Of a DNA stretch of 64,000 nucleotides, positions 1 through 10,400 are shown in pieces; within the stretch, counting starts at the first letter, position 1; the number at the start of each line of letters is the position of its first letter. The translations under genes were made by a program, and so were the position numbers. The DNA is taken from positions 1-64,000 of the IMG/VR virus record IMGVR_UViG_3300040801_004532. One strand, given 5' to 3'. The notes under the pieces were generated by a model. The model saw only the letters and a list, made by a program, of their open reading frames with translations, did no database searches and had not been told where the DNA came from.

Positions 1-203
1 CCTGCTGTAACCTTGCATCCATTACTAACTCCTTCTACCGTAAATCCAGTTCCATCACCTCCAACAATTTGGCAGTCAAAAGGAGCTTGTCCCCCATCCA
101 CCTGTAAAATAGTTGATTCTCCATTATTAACTACCTCAGGTGAACCGCTATCAAACTCTGGTGGGAAGTATGTTCTTTTAAATGTTAGTGATATATTACC
201 CAT
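1..203 (-). CDS. Virion/tail-associated protein, 5' part only (paralog of 3687-4571)
   Basis: Minus-strand frame from ATG at 203 reads MGNISLTFKRTYFPPEFDSGSPEVV..., near-identical to the N-terminus of 3687-4571; runs off the window edge. Confidence 0.8.
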   Translation of the reverse strand, partial: MGNISLTFKRTYFPPEFDSGSPEVVNNGESTILQVDGGQAPFDCQIVGGDGTGFTVEGVSNGCKVTA

Positions 204-232
204 CTACAATATCTCTCCCTACAATCTGCTCA

Positions 233-1747
233 TTATGGACATCTCCACCTTTGGAAGTTGACAGAACAAAAATAACCAGAACTACAACCAACTTCTGTTG
301 CAGTTATACACCAATCTCCACAATATGAACAAATGCCTGGATTCAACCCACCTCCCTCTGCGCATGATTCTTGGAAACCGAAAGATCCACTTATACGACA
401 TGTGTATTGCACACGACAGCCAGGGTTATTATAATAGATCTGTTCTGCTCCAGGAGTGCAACCACCCGAGACACCACCATGACAACTACTCCACCCACCT
501 GAAGTACAACGAACAATTCCAAGAACAGTATTGCCACAAATATCTGTTACTGTAATCTGTGCTGCACCACAAGCAGATCCATTAGCATATAGAGTATTGG
601 TTTTTCCATAAGTTCTTAAATTTTCCAATGAAAAACCAGTTCCCGAAACAGACCAATCATAATATCCACAAGTACCTGTTGAATCAACTGCAACTGTTAC
701 ACCAATTTCATCATCACCTTGAGAAATTATATCAGCACTTATATCATTATCCCAATCTATAGCAATACATGAACTACAATCTACTCCGCCTACAGACCAA
801 CCAACAGATTGTCCCTGATCATCAGTACAAGTAACATCAACATAACCTGAAATACTCTCTCCTGCTGTTATGGAGAAACCATTTTCAGTATCATTAAATG
901 TAAAACCACCTCCATTTATTACTGCTTCACAATCAACTGGAGGCATTCCACCATCAACTGTATAATTAATAGTCTGCCCTGGTTCGATTGTTTCTGATTG
1001 TCCAGAAGGTATGGTTGGAGGAGAAAAAAGTGGGTACCCTGGATAATAATCATCTATATCATCAGGTCCCATTCCATAAGTTTTAACCATCCAATTTAAA
1101 AAATAACCATCCTGGTCAATCGGATCTGAAAATTGCACCCGAAAACCATCAAATCTTTTTTCAATTACCATTAGATCATAAGGAAAAGGACCACTTGAAT
1201 AATCTAATGAAAACTCTAAACTAGCTACAACTGCATATTTTAAAGTGGTCATTTCTTCAGAAAAAACAATATTAGCAGTTGTGTCTCCAGAAGCTATTTC
1301 CCATAGACCGTCTGTTACAATATATGCTGGGTTTAACTCTGAACCATCTATTCCAGATGATCCAGATGATCCAGATGTTCCACTTGTACCAATGACTCCA
1401 GATGATCCAGAAGTTCCTGATGTTTTTGATGTACCAGATGTACCAGATGTACCAGATGTACCAGATGTACCCCCACTTGTTCCAGATGTACCAGATGTAC
1501 CAGAAGACCCAGAATAGCCTGAAGAACCAGAAATTCCAGCCTCACATGATCCAGCTTTCTGTCTTACAGCGCATAAGGTTATGAATGTATCTGCTCGCGT
1601 ACTATCCAGACCATATGTTGGATCGCCAGAGATATTTAGATGTTGCCCATCATAATATATCTCCACTTCGTTGGAATTTTCGGTACGACCCATACGTACT
1701 CTTTTATTTGTTCCAACATATAGTTTTCCATTCTTAACCTTGGCCAT
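233..1747 (-). CDS. Tail fibre/adhesin-like protein: GTS triplet tract, shared beta domain, Cys-rich C-terminal tip
   Basis: 504 aa; (GTS/GSS)n tract; C-terminal half paralogous to 4594-6120 and 3687-4571; AGGAG SD. Confidence 0.7.
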   Translation of the reverse strand: MAKVKNGKLYVGTNKRVRMGRTENSNEVEIYYDGQHLNISGDPTYGLDSTRADTFITLCAVRQKAGSCEAGISGSSGYSGSSGTSGTSGTSGGTSGTSGTSGTSGTSKTSGTSGSSGVIGTSGTSGSSGSSGIDGSELNPAYIVTDGLWEIASGDTTANIVFSEEMTTLKYAVVASLEFSLDYSSGPFPYDLMVIEKRFDGFRVQFSDPIDQDGYFLNWMVKTYGMGPDDIDDYYPGYPLFSPPTIPSGQSETIEPGQTINYTVDGGMPPVDCEAVINGGGFTFNDTENGFSITAGESISGYVDVTCTDDQGQSVGWSVGGVDCSSCIAIDWDNDISADIISQGDDEIGVTVAVDSTGTCGYYDWSVSGTGFSLENLRTYGKTNTLYANGSACGAAQITVTDICGNTVLGIVRCTSGGWSSCHGGVSGGCTPGAEQIYYNNPGCRVQYTCRISGSFGFQESCAEGGGLNPGICSYCGDWCITATEVGCSSGYFCSVNFQRWRCP

Positions 1748-1756
1748 TAGTACTCC

Positions 1757-3676
1757 TTATGTATTTTCATTAAGGACAAAAACTCTACCTCTATATGGCA
1801 TTATATGACTACTCGGATCTCCTGGATAGCCAGTGCCTCGATATGAATTTGTAGTAACCCATAGATAAGAGTCAACTCCGTATCCTTCCTTTGGGTAAAC
1901 GGTTGCAGTTGCTATCCCAGTAAATAATCTATCAGGGTAATAATATGCAGCATCCCAGTCGGAAAAAAGATGTGCAGCAACTGGTGAATTTTTAACTCCA
2001 AACGTCATTGTTGAGAGATCATATACAAGAATTGTCGAACCTTGAGATCCTTGTACAGATCCACATACATATAACTTACCTTTATATGGTACTATTTTTT
2101 GTATATTACTGAAAGCAGGTTGTAAACTAATTGTAGGTTCAGCAACAATTTGCCAACTACCGACTCCATCATTCCACACACAGACCTTATCATATTGATC
2201 ATAACCAAGATAATCTCCAAACGCAACAAAAAGATACCCGTTAGCATTACATAGTGCTATTGGTCTCCATTTTGCAGACGCACTTCTGTCTGTATTAAAA
2301 TAAGGAGGAAGATAAGACCAACCGCCTCCGTCAGGATACCATGGTCCAAGAAAGTCACCTGCTGTTTCTGTGAATGAAAGTATAACATACAATGGTCCAT
2401 CCTCTGTAATTGGAGAATATTCCTGACCAGAAACAGTTTCTACCCCTGATAATGACGTATATATAGTTTCTCCTTGAGCATAACGTATCGCGTAGTTAGG
2501 ACCAATAACCCCATATGCATTTTCATCTGTATGAGTGACTATATATACACCTTCTCCAAATTGACGAAATCCACAAACAGTCCAATCTGGCTCTGCATAA
2601 TATGGTTGCCACATTCCAACCCAATATTGCATACTACCACCTAAAAATGGAGAAGTCATTAATGATCCATTAGCTTCATGTAAGTGAGTTCTAGCACCTG
2701 TACTGTGCATATCTCGATCTGTTGAAGTCAAAACACTAATTTCTCCACTTCCGGGATAAGTCCATATATCATGATCTGGGGATAAAACTGAGATAGCACT
2801 CCAGTCAGCGGCAAAATATAACGATCTTGGCGATCCTGCTGATTCACCTACTGCAGTAAATAATGGAGTATCCGCATAAAATGACCCAGATCCAAGCTGT
2901 TTAAATCCGGCTCCAGCTACAGCAGGCGGTGAAGAAAACTCAGGATAAGGTGGTGGAGGCGGAGGTGGAATAATATGGATATTCTCTGACTTTGCCACAT
3001 CTTCAACTAACCAATCAAAAACAAAAGCAGAGGAATCAATTGGTTGATTAAAAGCAACCTTAAAACCGTAGGATGTTTTATCAAATATTAAAAAGTTAAA
3101 TGTTGGGTATGGAACATTGGTCCCCCTGAAGTTTATCGATCCAGTTACAGAATAATATTCTACAATCCTTGGAGTTTCAAAAATAATCAACGATGTTGTA
3201 TCACCGGGATTGAGCTCCAACATTCCTGCTGTAACTATGTTTGTTGAATCGAATTGTGTTACTAATGCAGATGTGCCTGAGTTACCGCTACTACCTGAAG
3301 TACCCGAAGTTCCATCTGTAGCTGAAGTTCCGCTTGACCCTGAGGTTCCATCTATTCCACTAGTTCCTGATGAACCCGATGTCCCAGAAGAGCCACTTGT
3401 CCCACTTGTCCCACTAGATCCAGATGTTCCGCTTGTTCCACTAGTACCAGAAGAGCCAGATGTACCACTTGTCCCTGCACCGCCAGCCTTTACATACTCC
3501 TCAAAGACAGATCTAATAATAAAAGTGTTTTCATTAAGATCTTGTACTCCTGCTGTAGGCGCACCAGATATATTAATAGTTTCACCATCCCATTTAACGA
3601 TAACTTCATTGTTATCACCAAAAATAATGGCTTGGTTTGTTTTGATGTTTAGATTTCTATTTTTATATCTGGCCAT
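1757..3676 (-). CDS. Tail fibre/adhesin-like protein with GTS tract, poly-Pro linker and aromatic beta-rich C-terminus
   Basis: Start moved to ATG 3676 (MARYKNRNL) behind AGGAG; N-terminus resembles those of 233-1747 and 4594-6120. Confidence 0.7.
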   Translation of the reverse strand: MARYKNRNLNIKTNQAIIFGDNNEVIVKWDGETINISGAPTAGVQDLNENTFIIRSVFEEYVKAGGAGTSGTSGSSGTSGTSGTSGSSGTSGTSGSSGTSGSSGTSGIDGTSGSSGTSATDGTSGTSGSSGNSGTSALVTQFDSTNIVTAGMLELNPGDTTSLIIFETPRIVEYYSVTGSINFRGTNVPYPTFNFLIFDKTSYGFKVAFNQPIDSSAFVFDWLVEDVAKSENIHIIPPPPPPPYPEFSSPPAVAGAGFKQLGSGSFYADTPLFTAVGESAGSPRSLYFAADWSAISVLSPDHDIWTYPGSGEISVLTSTDRDMHSTGARTHLHEANGSLMTSPFLGGSMQYWVGMWQPYYAEPDWTVCGFRQFGEGVYIVTHTDENAYGVIGPNYAIRYAQGETIYTSLSGVETVSGQEYSPITEDGPLYVILSFTETAGDFLGPWYPDGGGWSYLPPYFNTDRSASAKWRPIALCNANGYLFVAFGDYLGYDQYDKVCVWNDGVGSWQIVAEPTISLQPAFSNIQKIVPYKGKLYVCGSVQGSQGSTILVYDLSTMTFGVKNSPVAAHLFSDWDAAYYYPDRLFTGIATATVYPKEGYGVDSYLWVTTNSYRGTGYPGDPSSHIMPYRGRVFVLNENT

Positions 3677-3686
3677 TAAATAACTC

Positions 3687-4571
3687 CTATTGTGGGCATC
3701 CCCACTTTTGCAATCCCGGATTAGCACCTGAAAAACCAGAATTATAATATCTACCAGTTTCACATCTTCCGCTTACTTGAGCAAATGGAGGATGACAATA
3801 AGATAGATAAGCTGTTGAACCATCTTCACATGAATATGCTGGATTGTTGCCTGCATTTTGACCACCACATCCCCCACAATATAAAGATCCACTATAGGCA
3901 TATCCGTACTTATATAACCCATCTGGAGAAGTTGCACTACGAGCTATCATACATGTATATACATATGATCTAGTATACGTCAAATTTGAGGTTGGAGTAC
4001 AAGTCAACCATGTACCAGAAGTACATTTAACTTCATGTATTACTTCATTACCACAGGCATCAGTTACAGTAACTTCCGCTGCGCCACAAGCGGATCCATT
4101 TGCATGAAGTGTATTAGTTGTCCCATATGTTCTTGTGTGTTCTAGTGAAAATCCAGTTCCTGAAACTGACCAATCATAATATCCACATGCTCCACCGTTA
4201 ATAGCAATTGTTGTTGAGTCATTTTGAGCAACAGAAGTTCCGCTTGTAATATCGTCCCATGTGATTTCTGTACATGAAGTACAATCTACACCTCCAACAG
4301 ACCATGTTCCAGTTGTATTTCCTTGGTTATCTGTGGCTTGAACTTTAATATAACCACTAATATTTTGTCCCGCAGTTACTCTACAACCAGTTTCTGTTGA
4401 CTTAACTGTAAAACCTGTACCCCCACCCCCAACATTTTGACAATTGAAAGGTGCCTGTCCTTCATTAATCAATAACTCTACGGATTCTCCAGATTCAACG
4501 GTTTGCGGCGATCCACCATCAAATTCTGGCGGAAAGTATGTTCTTTTAAATGTTAGTGATATATTTCCCAT
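3687..4571 (-). CDS. Virion protein with Ig-like repeats and Cys-rich variable tip
   Basis: 294 aa; shares CG(Y/F)YDWSVxGxGFSL...CTSG...WxCP with neighbours. Confidence 0.65.
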   Translation of the reverse strand: MGNISLTFKRTYFPPEFDGGSPQTVESGESVELLINEGQAPFNCQNVGGGGTGFTVKSTETGCRVTAGQNISGYIKVQATDNQGNTTGTWSVGGVDCTSCTEITWDDITSGTSVAQNDSTTIAINGGACGYYDWSVSGTGFSLEHTRTYGTTNTLHANGSACGAAEVTVTDACGNEVIHEVKCTSGTWLTCTPTSNLTYTRSYVYTCMIARSATSPDGLYKYGYAYSGSLYCGGCGGQNAGNNPAYSCEDGSTAYLSYCHPPFAQVSGRCETGRYYNSGFSGANPGLQKWGCPQ

Positions 4572-4593
4572 TTAACTCCTCTTAAATTTTAAA

Positions 4594-6120
4594 TTATGGA
4601 CAGCTCCATTTATAAATATCCATCCAATCAGGTCTTGCTGGCCAAGCACAATTATTCATTGAAACATCGCTATATCCATATTTTTCTAAGAATGGGGTTC
4701 TTCTATCAACTGTTTCACCATCTGGGCAAGTTAGAACATCTTGATCGAATATTCCAGGATCATCACACCCATTAACCTTAACAGATGTTAAGCTATACCA
4801 GCATGCCTGTGCTGTATTTCCACCTGTACAATTTGTACAACTTATAGCACAACCCGAAGGAGAACCGCAATTTATTTGATTTACAGTTCCACATTTAACC
4901 ATAGTACCTGATGTACATTTTATTTTTTCTGTAATAATATTTCCACATGCATCTTCTACAGTTACAGTTGCAATACCACAAGCACTACTACTTGAATATA
5001 GGGTGTTTGTGGTTCCGACTGTCCTTAAACTTCCTAATGAGAATCCCTCCCCTGTTACAGACCAATCATAAAATCCACAATTGGAGTTTGTTGAAGTTGA
5101 ATCAATCGCAATTGTTACTGAGTCATTTGTTCCAATGACAGAAGCACTTAAATCATGATCCCACTCCATAACAATACATGAACTACAATCAGTACCTCCT
5201 GCTCCCCAACTCCCAACATATCTTCCTGCATCGTCTGTTGCACCAACAGTTATATAACCAGATGCTCCCCCGGGGTCAGCAGTTAAGGTACAACCATTAG
5301 TATATGAACCAATTGTAAAACCACTTCCGCTACCAGATTCTTGATAGCAATTATATGGAGGAAGTCCACCATCAATTTCTAAATATATAGTCTCTCCTGG
5401 TTCAACTGAGTCAGGAGAGGTTTGTGAAAATTCTAAAGTTGGATTTCCAATTTGGTCATAGTCTTTTAAAAGAAAATCAATAATATATGTCTTATCAACT
5501 GGACCGTTTACCTTGATTTTAAAACCTGTTGTTGTCTTATCAAATACCAATGCCTTATAAAAAGTATATGGAGGATCCACTGCATAACATTGTGTTATAG
5601 ATACTGTATATTGATTATGAGGTCTTGGCGATGTAAAGGTTAGAGATGCGGTTGTATCTGATGAGGTTGTATCAAATACTAAAGCTCCAGCTAAAACTAT
5701 TAATGAACTTGAGTCTGAAGGAATAAACGATTCTCCGGATGTTCCTGATGTACCAGATGTTCCTGATGTTCCTGGATCTCCCGAAGTCCCACTCGTTCCA
5801 CTCGTTCCTGATGTTGACCCACTTGTTCCTGATGTGCCAGATGTTCCAGAAGATCCCGAAATTCCCGAAGATCCGCCAGTACCAGAAGTTCCTGATGATC
5901 CACTTGTACCCGATGTCCCCGATGTACCGGAAGGAGACCAATCATCCAAATCCTGTCTGGTTACAAACGTATTGCCTGCAGTTCCATCAATACCTGAAAC
6001 TGGAGTTTGATCTGTTCTTACGAAGTAATCATCATAATAAATTCTTCCTTGGTCATTATCACCAAGTTTAATATCTTCATCAGCTCCGAAGAACACATCG
6101 CCTTTTCTAAATTTTGGCAT
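4594..6120 (-). CDS. Tail fibre/adhesin-like protein (paralog of 233-1747)
   Basis: 508 aa; GTS tract; same domain order as 233-1747. Confidence 0.7.
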   Translation of the reverse strand: MPKFRKGDVFFGADEDIKLGDNDQGRIYYDDYFVRTDQTPVSGIDGTAGNTFVTRQDLDDWSPSGTSGTSGTSGSSGTSGTGGSSGISGSSGTSGTSGTSGSTSGTSGTSGTSGDPGTSGTSGTSGTSGESFIPSDSSSLIVLAGALVFDTTSSDTTASLTFTSPRPHNQYTVSITQCYAVDPPYTFYKALVFDKTTTGFKIKVNGPVDKTYIIDFLLKDYDQIGNPTLEFSQTSPDSVEPGETIYLEIDGGLPPYNCYQESGSGSGFTIGSYTNGCTLTADPGGASGYITVGATDDAGRYVGSWGAGGTDCSSCIVMEWDHDLSASVIGTNDSVTIAIDSTSTNSNCGFYDWSVTGEGFSLGSLRTVGTTNTLYSSSSACGIATVTVEDACGNIITEKIKCTSGTMVKCGTVNQINCGSPSGCAISCTNCTGGNTAQACWYSLTSVKVNGCDDPGIFDQDVLTCPDGETVDRRTPFLEKYGYSDVSMNNCAWPARPDWMDIYKWSCP

Positions 6121-6128
6121 TTATCTCC

Positions 6129-7427
6129 TTATCTTATAATAGACCATTCAAGAATATAATTTTCAGAATCAATTGGATTAGAAAATAGGACTGTAAATCC
6201 AGATGTTGTCTTTGATATAATTGCCATTGAATAGAACGAAATAGGATCATCAACTGTATTAACTAAAACTAAAGAATCAATGTTATAATTTTCATCTGCC
6301 TCTTCAGAATAAAATAAGATAGTTGCAGATGTTGAGTCAACTTCCAAAGGTCCTGCCCCAACTTTCTGATATCTAACTCTATTCCACCTTTCGCCAAGAT
6401 GTTTTATTTCAAGGACTCCAGTATGATCTCTTATTCCATAACCAGTAGCCCCAGCAGTATCTCCAAAATTTAAATATCCGTTTTCTTTAAAAAGAACTGA
6501 ATTTTCATTTGCTGAAGCAGAAGTTATTTTTATAGGTCTGTTTCCATTTATATCTACATACCAATCCGTATTTCCATAAAATGCCAATCCATAGTTAATA
6601 TGACCAAAGTTATTAGATGTAGCAAACGTATCTCCAAATTCAATTCCGTCGGTTGTTATTGATCCACCTGCGCCCCTTATTCCAGTTGAAACTTTATTAG
6701 CATCAATATCGCCACATCCAGTAACACTAGTTGTTCCATAGTTACATTGAATTCCAACAGTATTTGTATTTCCATTATCTCCAAATTTACAAGTACTTAC
6801 AGATAAAACATTTCCATAACTTAAAATACAAACACGGTTATCATTTTGGACTTTAACAGATAAATATGCAAATGCCACCCAGGAATTTTCTATAAAAAGT
6901 CCAACATCCCCCTCTGGTATTTCAATTAATACAGTATCTGGATCATAATTTTGACCAATTATGTAGATAGACCCCTCAGTTCTTCCTCTTATTTCAAATG
7001 TTTCTAAATATGTACCATCGGCTAAAAATATATATGCATAGTAACCATTAAGAAATCTTGGAACCTGTGTTAATGCATATGTTATTGTTGCCCAAGGAAG
7101 GGTTATAGTTCCTTCACCTGTTGAATCACTTCCTGTTGGAGAAACATAATAATATAAATCCTCTGATGCTCCAGCTTCAGTATCAATATATGTTTTAACG
7201 GCTTTTTCTGTTGGAACTGCAGTATCTGAGTTTCCTACTAATGTTCCATCAGTTGAAAATTCAGAAATGGCTGAACCAGAAATTAGAGAAAGACCTGATT
7301 GATCAAAGGTTCCAACAACGGACCCATCACTTTGTATTTCGATCTTTTTAGAATTATCGTCAACAATAACCTTTGTATCTAAGTCAAAAATCCTATTGAA
7401 GAAATTCCATCTGCGATCATAGGTCAT
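6129..7427 (-). CDS. Tail spike/fibre protein with probable beta-helix region
   Basis: One EFSTDGTL...AVKTYID repeat; YYVSPTGSDSTGEGT..PWATI..AL motif typical of beta-helix N-caps; C-terminal domain shared with the GTS proteins. Confidence 0.65.
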   Translation of the reverse strand: MTYDRRWNFFNRIFDLDTKVIVDDNSKKIEIQSDGSVVGTFDQSGLSLISGSAISEFSTDGTLVGNSDTAVPTEKAVKTYIDTEAGASEDLYYYVSPTGSDSTGEGTITLPWATITYALTQVPRFLNGYYAYIFLADGTYLETFEIRGRTEGSIYIIGQNYDPDTVLIEIPEGDVGLFIENSWVAFAYLSVKVQNDNRVCILSYGNVLSVSTCKFGDNGNTNTVGIQCNYGTTSVTGCGDIDANKVSTGIRGAGGSITTDGIEFGDTFATSNNFGHINYGLAFYGNTDWYVDINGNRPIKITSASANENSVLFKENGYLNFGDTAGATGYGIRDHTGVLEIKHLGERWNRVRYQKVGAGPLEVDSTSATILFYSEEADENYNIDSLVLVNTVDDPISFYSMAIISKTTSGFTVLFSNPIDSENYILEWSIIR

Positions 7428-7449
7428 TTAAAATTTTCTCCTAAAAAGA

Positions 7450-7476
7450 GGAGCAGTGAAAGATATTCACTGCTCC
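7450..7476 (-). terminator. Intrinsic terminator
   Basis: GGAGCAGTGAA/TTCACTGCTCC 11-bp stem, followed by a T-run on the minus strand. Confidence 0.7.
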
Positions 7477-7491
7477 AATTTTCTGTGCGTA

Positions 7492-10400
7492 TTAGATTAT
7501 GTAGAAATCACTTCCGTCGCTTACAAATGTATATGCTGAATTGTAAGCATCAATTGATTTAGAAGCAAGCCCATCAATTGTTCCCGGTGTTGTTGAAACA
7601 ATTACACTATTCGAATCAGAAGTAATTTTCTTAATTGTAATTTGCGCATCAACCCCTTCAAATAGATCAATATTAACGTCACCTGCTGTTGTATCAACAA
7701 GTAGAATTTCACCATTCACTGCTGTAGTATCTGAGCTAACATATTTAACTTCTCTAAGTGTGTCAATTGAGGTATCAACATATGTCTTAACTGCTTGCTC
7801 AGTCGGAACTGCAGAATCAGAGTTGTCAGTTAATGTTCCATCGGTTGAAAATTCATTTACAGTTGCTCCAGTTGATAAATATAAGCCAGTTGAATAGAGT
7901 GTAGCTGCTGCTTGAGTATCAACATAGAATCTGATATCTGGATTAGATTTTCCTCCTTCCCAAACGTTGATGAAGGTATTTGAGTCTGCTCTTACAAAAG
8001 TTCCGACTCCATCATTCTCAAATATAGTTGTACCCCCACGGAAAATTTTAAGGGATGGAGTTACTGAGTCATCTGCATCAAAATAAGTACTACCACTAAT
8101 TCCAAAAGTAGCACGAGATCCAGCATAAGCTGTTATATTAGTATCAGCTAATATATCTACATTTGCTCCTGTTTCAGTAGCATATAGATAAAGATATCCT
8201 GATGATCCTTCTAAATAAACATAAGTTTCATCCCCAGCTAATCCTAATCCAATCCAATCCTGTGAGTCAGTATCACAATAAATATAATTATTGCTTCCAG
8301 ATAGATTTGTATAATCACCAACATCAAAGAGAGAAACTCCATCACTTTGAACGAAAGATGTTGTAGCTGCTGCTCCAGTGGAGTCCACATAAAACATATA
8401 ATTAGGAGTTTGCCCTATTAAAATGTCTGGATTAGAAGCATCCACATATGCTTTAACAGCTTTTTCAGTTGGGATTGCACTATCTGAATTTCCAGACAAA
8501 GTCCCATCAGTTGAAAATTCATTTACAGTTGCTCCAGTTGTTAAAGTTAGACCAAACTCTGTAAATGTCGCAGCAACAACGCTTGATTCACTTACTGTAA
8601 TTATATTTGATGTTTGATCAATGGAAACATATGCTTCAGATTCATCACCAAGATTAATTCGTTCCTCATTTGCATCAAGAATTACTCTTGTATCAATATA
8701 ACCATATAGATATTCATCTGTAACTAATAATCTTCCTGCTGCTGATGCTTTTCCAATTCTTTGAGTTGAAGAATCAGGATCAAAATGAGCAACTTCAACT
8801 CCATCGGTTACAATTGTTACATAACCAGATGCTGTTCCATCATCTACAACTTCAACATATGAGTCACCTTCGTAAATTTTGTCTCTAGCAACTTGTCCTG
8901 TTGCTTGATCAACATAGGTTTTTACTGCTTTTTCAGTTGGAACTGCATCATCGGAGTTCCCTACTAATGTCCCATCAGTTGAAAATTCATTTATAGATGC
9001 CCCCGAGGCTAATGTCAGACCCTCAGAAGTGAATGTACCAACTGTAGATGCTGCAACATTCATAGTAATATATTCAGGGGCTACTTCAGCATCAGTTGCA
9101 CCAATTTCAATATAATTATTTGGATCATAAAAAACAGATGTAATTCCTCCAGCAATTTTCTCAAATGCTTTATCATTGCCTGAATAAAGGGAAATGCTTT
9201 CTGAAGCTGTAGAGTCCTGTCCAGTACTTATCTTTAAATAACTTCCTACATCTGTAGAACCAAAATAATTATAAGTATAATCTATATCCATGAAAACTTG
9301 CTCACTAAAACCGGTACCAACAGTGTAAGTAAGTTTTGCATTGTCTCCCGCAACAGAGGAATCAACTTTTATTTCTCCTCCGAGAGTTCCCAACCTAATA
9401 TTTGGATCACCACCTTCTGGATCATTTGCTTCAAAATAAGCACGACCTTCTAGAGCTGTACCCAAATAACCATAATCATACACCGTTAGGGTTATTCCGC
9501 CATAATTTGAATCCGCAGTAATAGAACCGTCAGCGGCTATATCTATCACAGCATCTGTTGCTGTAGCATAGATATAAGTATTACCATCCCCGTCTATATA
9601 ATAGTAAGACAAATCGTTTGCCGCTCCTATTCCTACCCATGTAGAACTTCTATAAAGATAAGGAACAGACCCTGTATTATTCGTATAATCCCCAGCATCA
9701 AAAATTGATGATCCATTAGTGATAATTGAACCTGATGTTACAGCCATCTCATTAGATGCACCAATGTTAAGTTGAATCTGTGTATCTGAAACTTCAATTC
9801 TTCCTGCTGCTGATGCTTTTCCAATTCTTTGAGTTGATGATGATGGATCAAAGTGTGCAACTTCAACTCCATCGGTTACAATAGTTACATAACCAGTAGA
9901 AGTTCCGTCATCTACAACTTCAACATAGGAGTCCCCTTCATAAATCTTATCTAAAGAAATCCCTGAAGTTGCATTATCTACATAGGTTTTTACTGCTTTT
10001 TCTGTAGGAATTACATTATCTGAATTTCCTAGTAATGTTCCGTCAATTGAAAACTCATTTACTGAAGTTCCAGATTGAAGTGAAACTCCAGAAGCAGCAA
10101 TTGTCATGACTCCGGTTGTAGCAATACTCATAGAAATTTGAGCGTCTGTTACTTCAATCCTTCCCGCACCGACTGCTTTACCAATTCTTTGTGTTGAAGC
10201 ATCTGGATCAAAATATGCAACTTGAACTCCATCAGTTACAATTTCAACATACCCAGTTGCAGTTCCATCATCACCAATTCTTACATATGAGTCACCACTG
10301 GCCATTGTAACTTCATCAAGAACGTTATCAATTGTAATATAAGCGTCACCAGCAGTGTCAAATCTCTTTTCAGTATCATTCCACCATGGAACTCTTAGAT

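Noticed and set aside
1245-6071. Alternative-frame ORFs with VPDVP, HLVHLV or MYQMYQ repeats
   Set aside because: Shadows of the GTS triplet tracts in other frames; no SD; fully overlap real genes
233-6120. Diversity-generating retroelement behind the variable tips
   Set aside because: No reverse transcriptase in the window and no near-identical repeat pair differing only at adenines; the tips differ throughout
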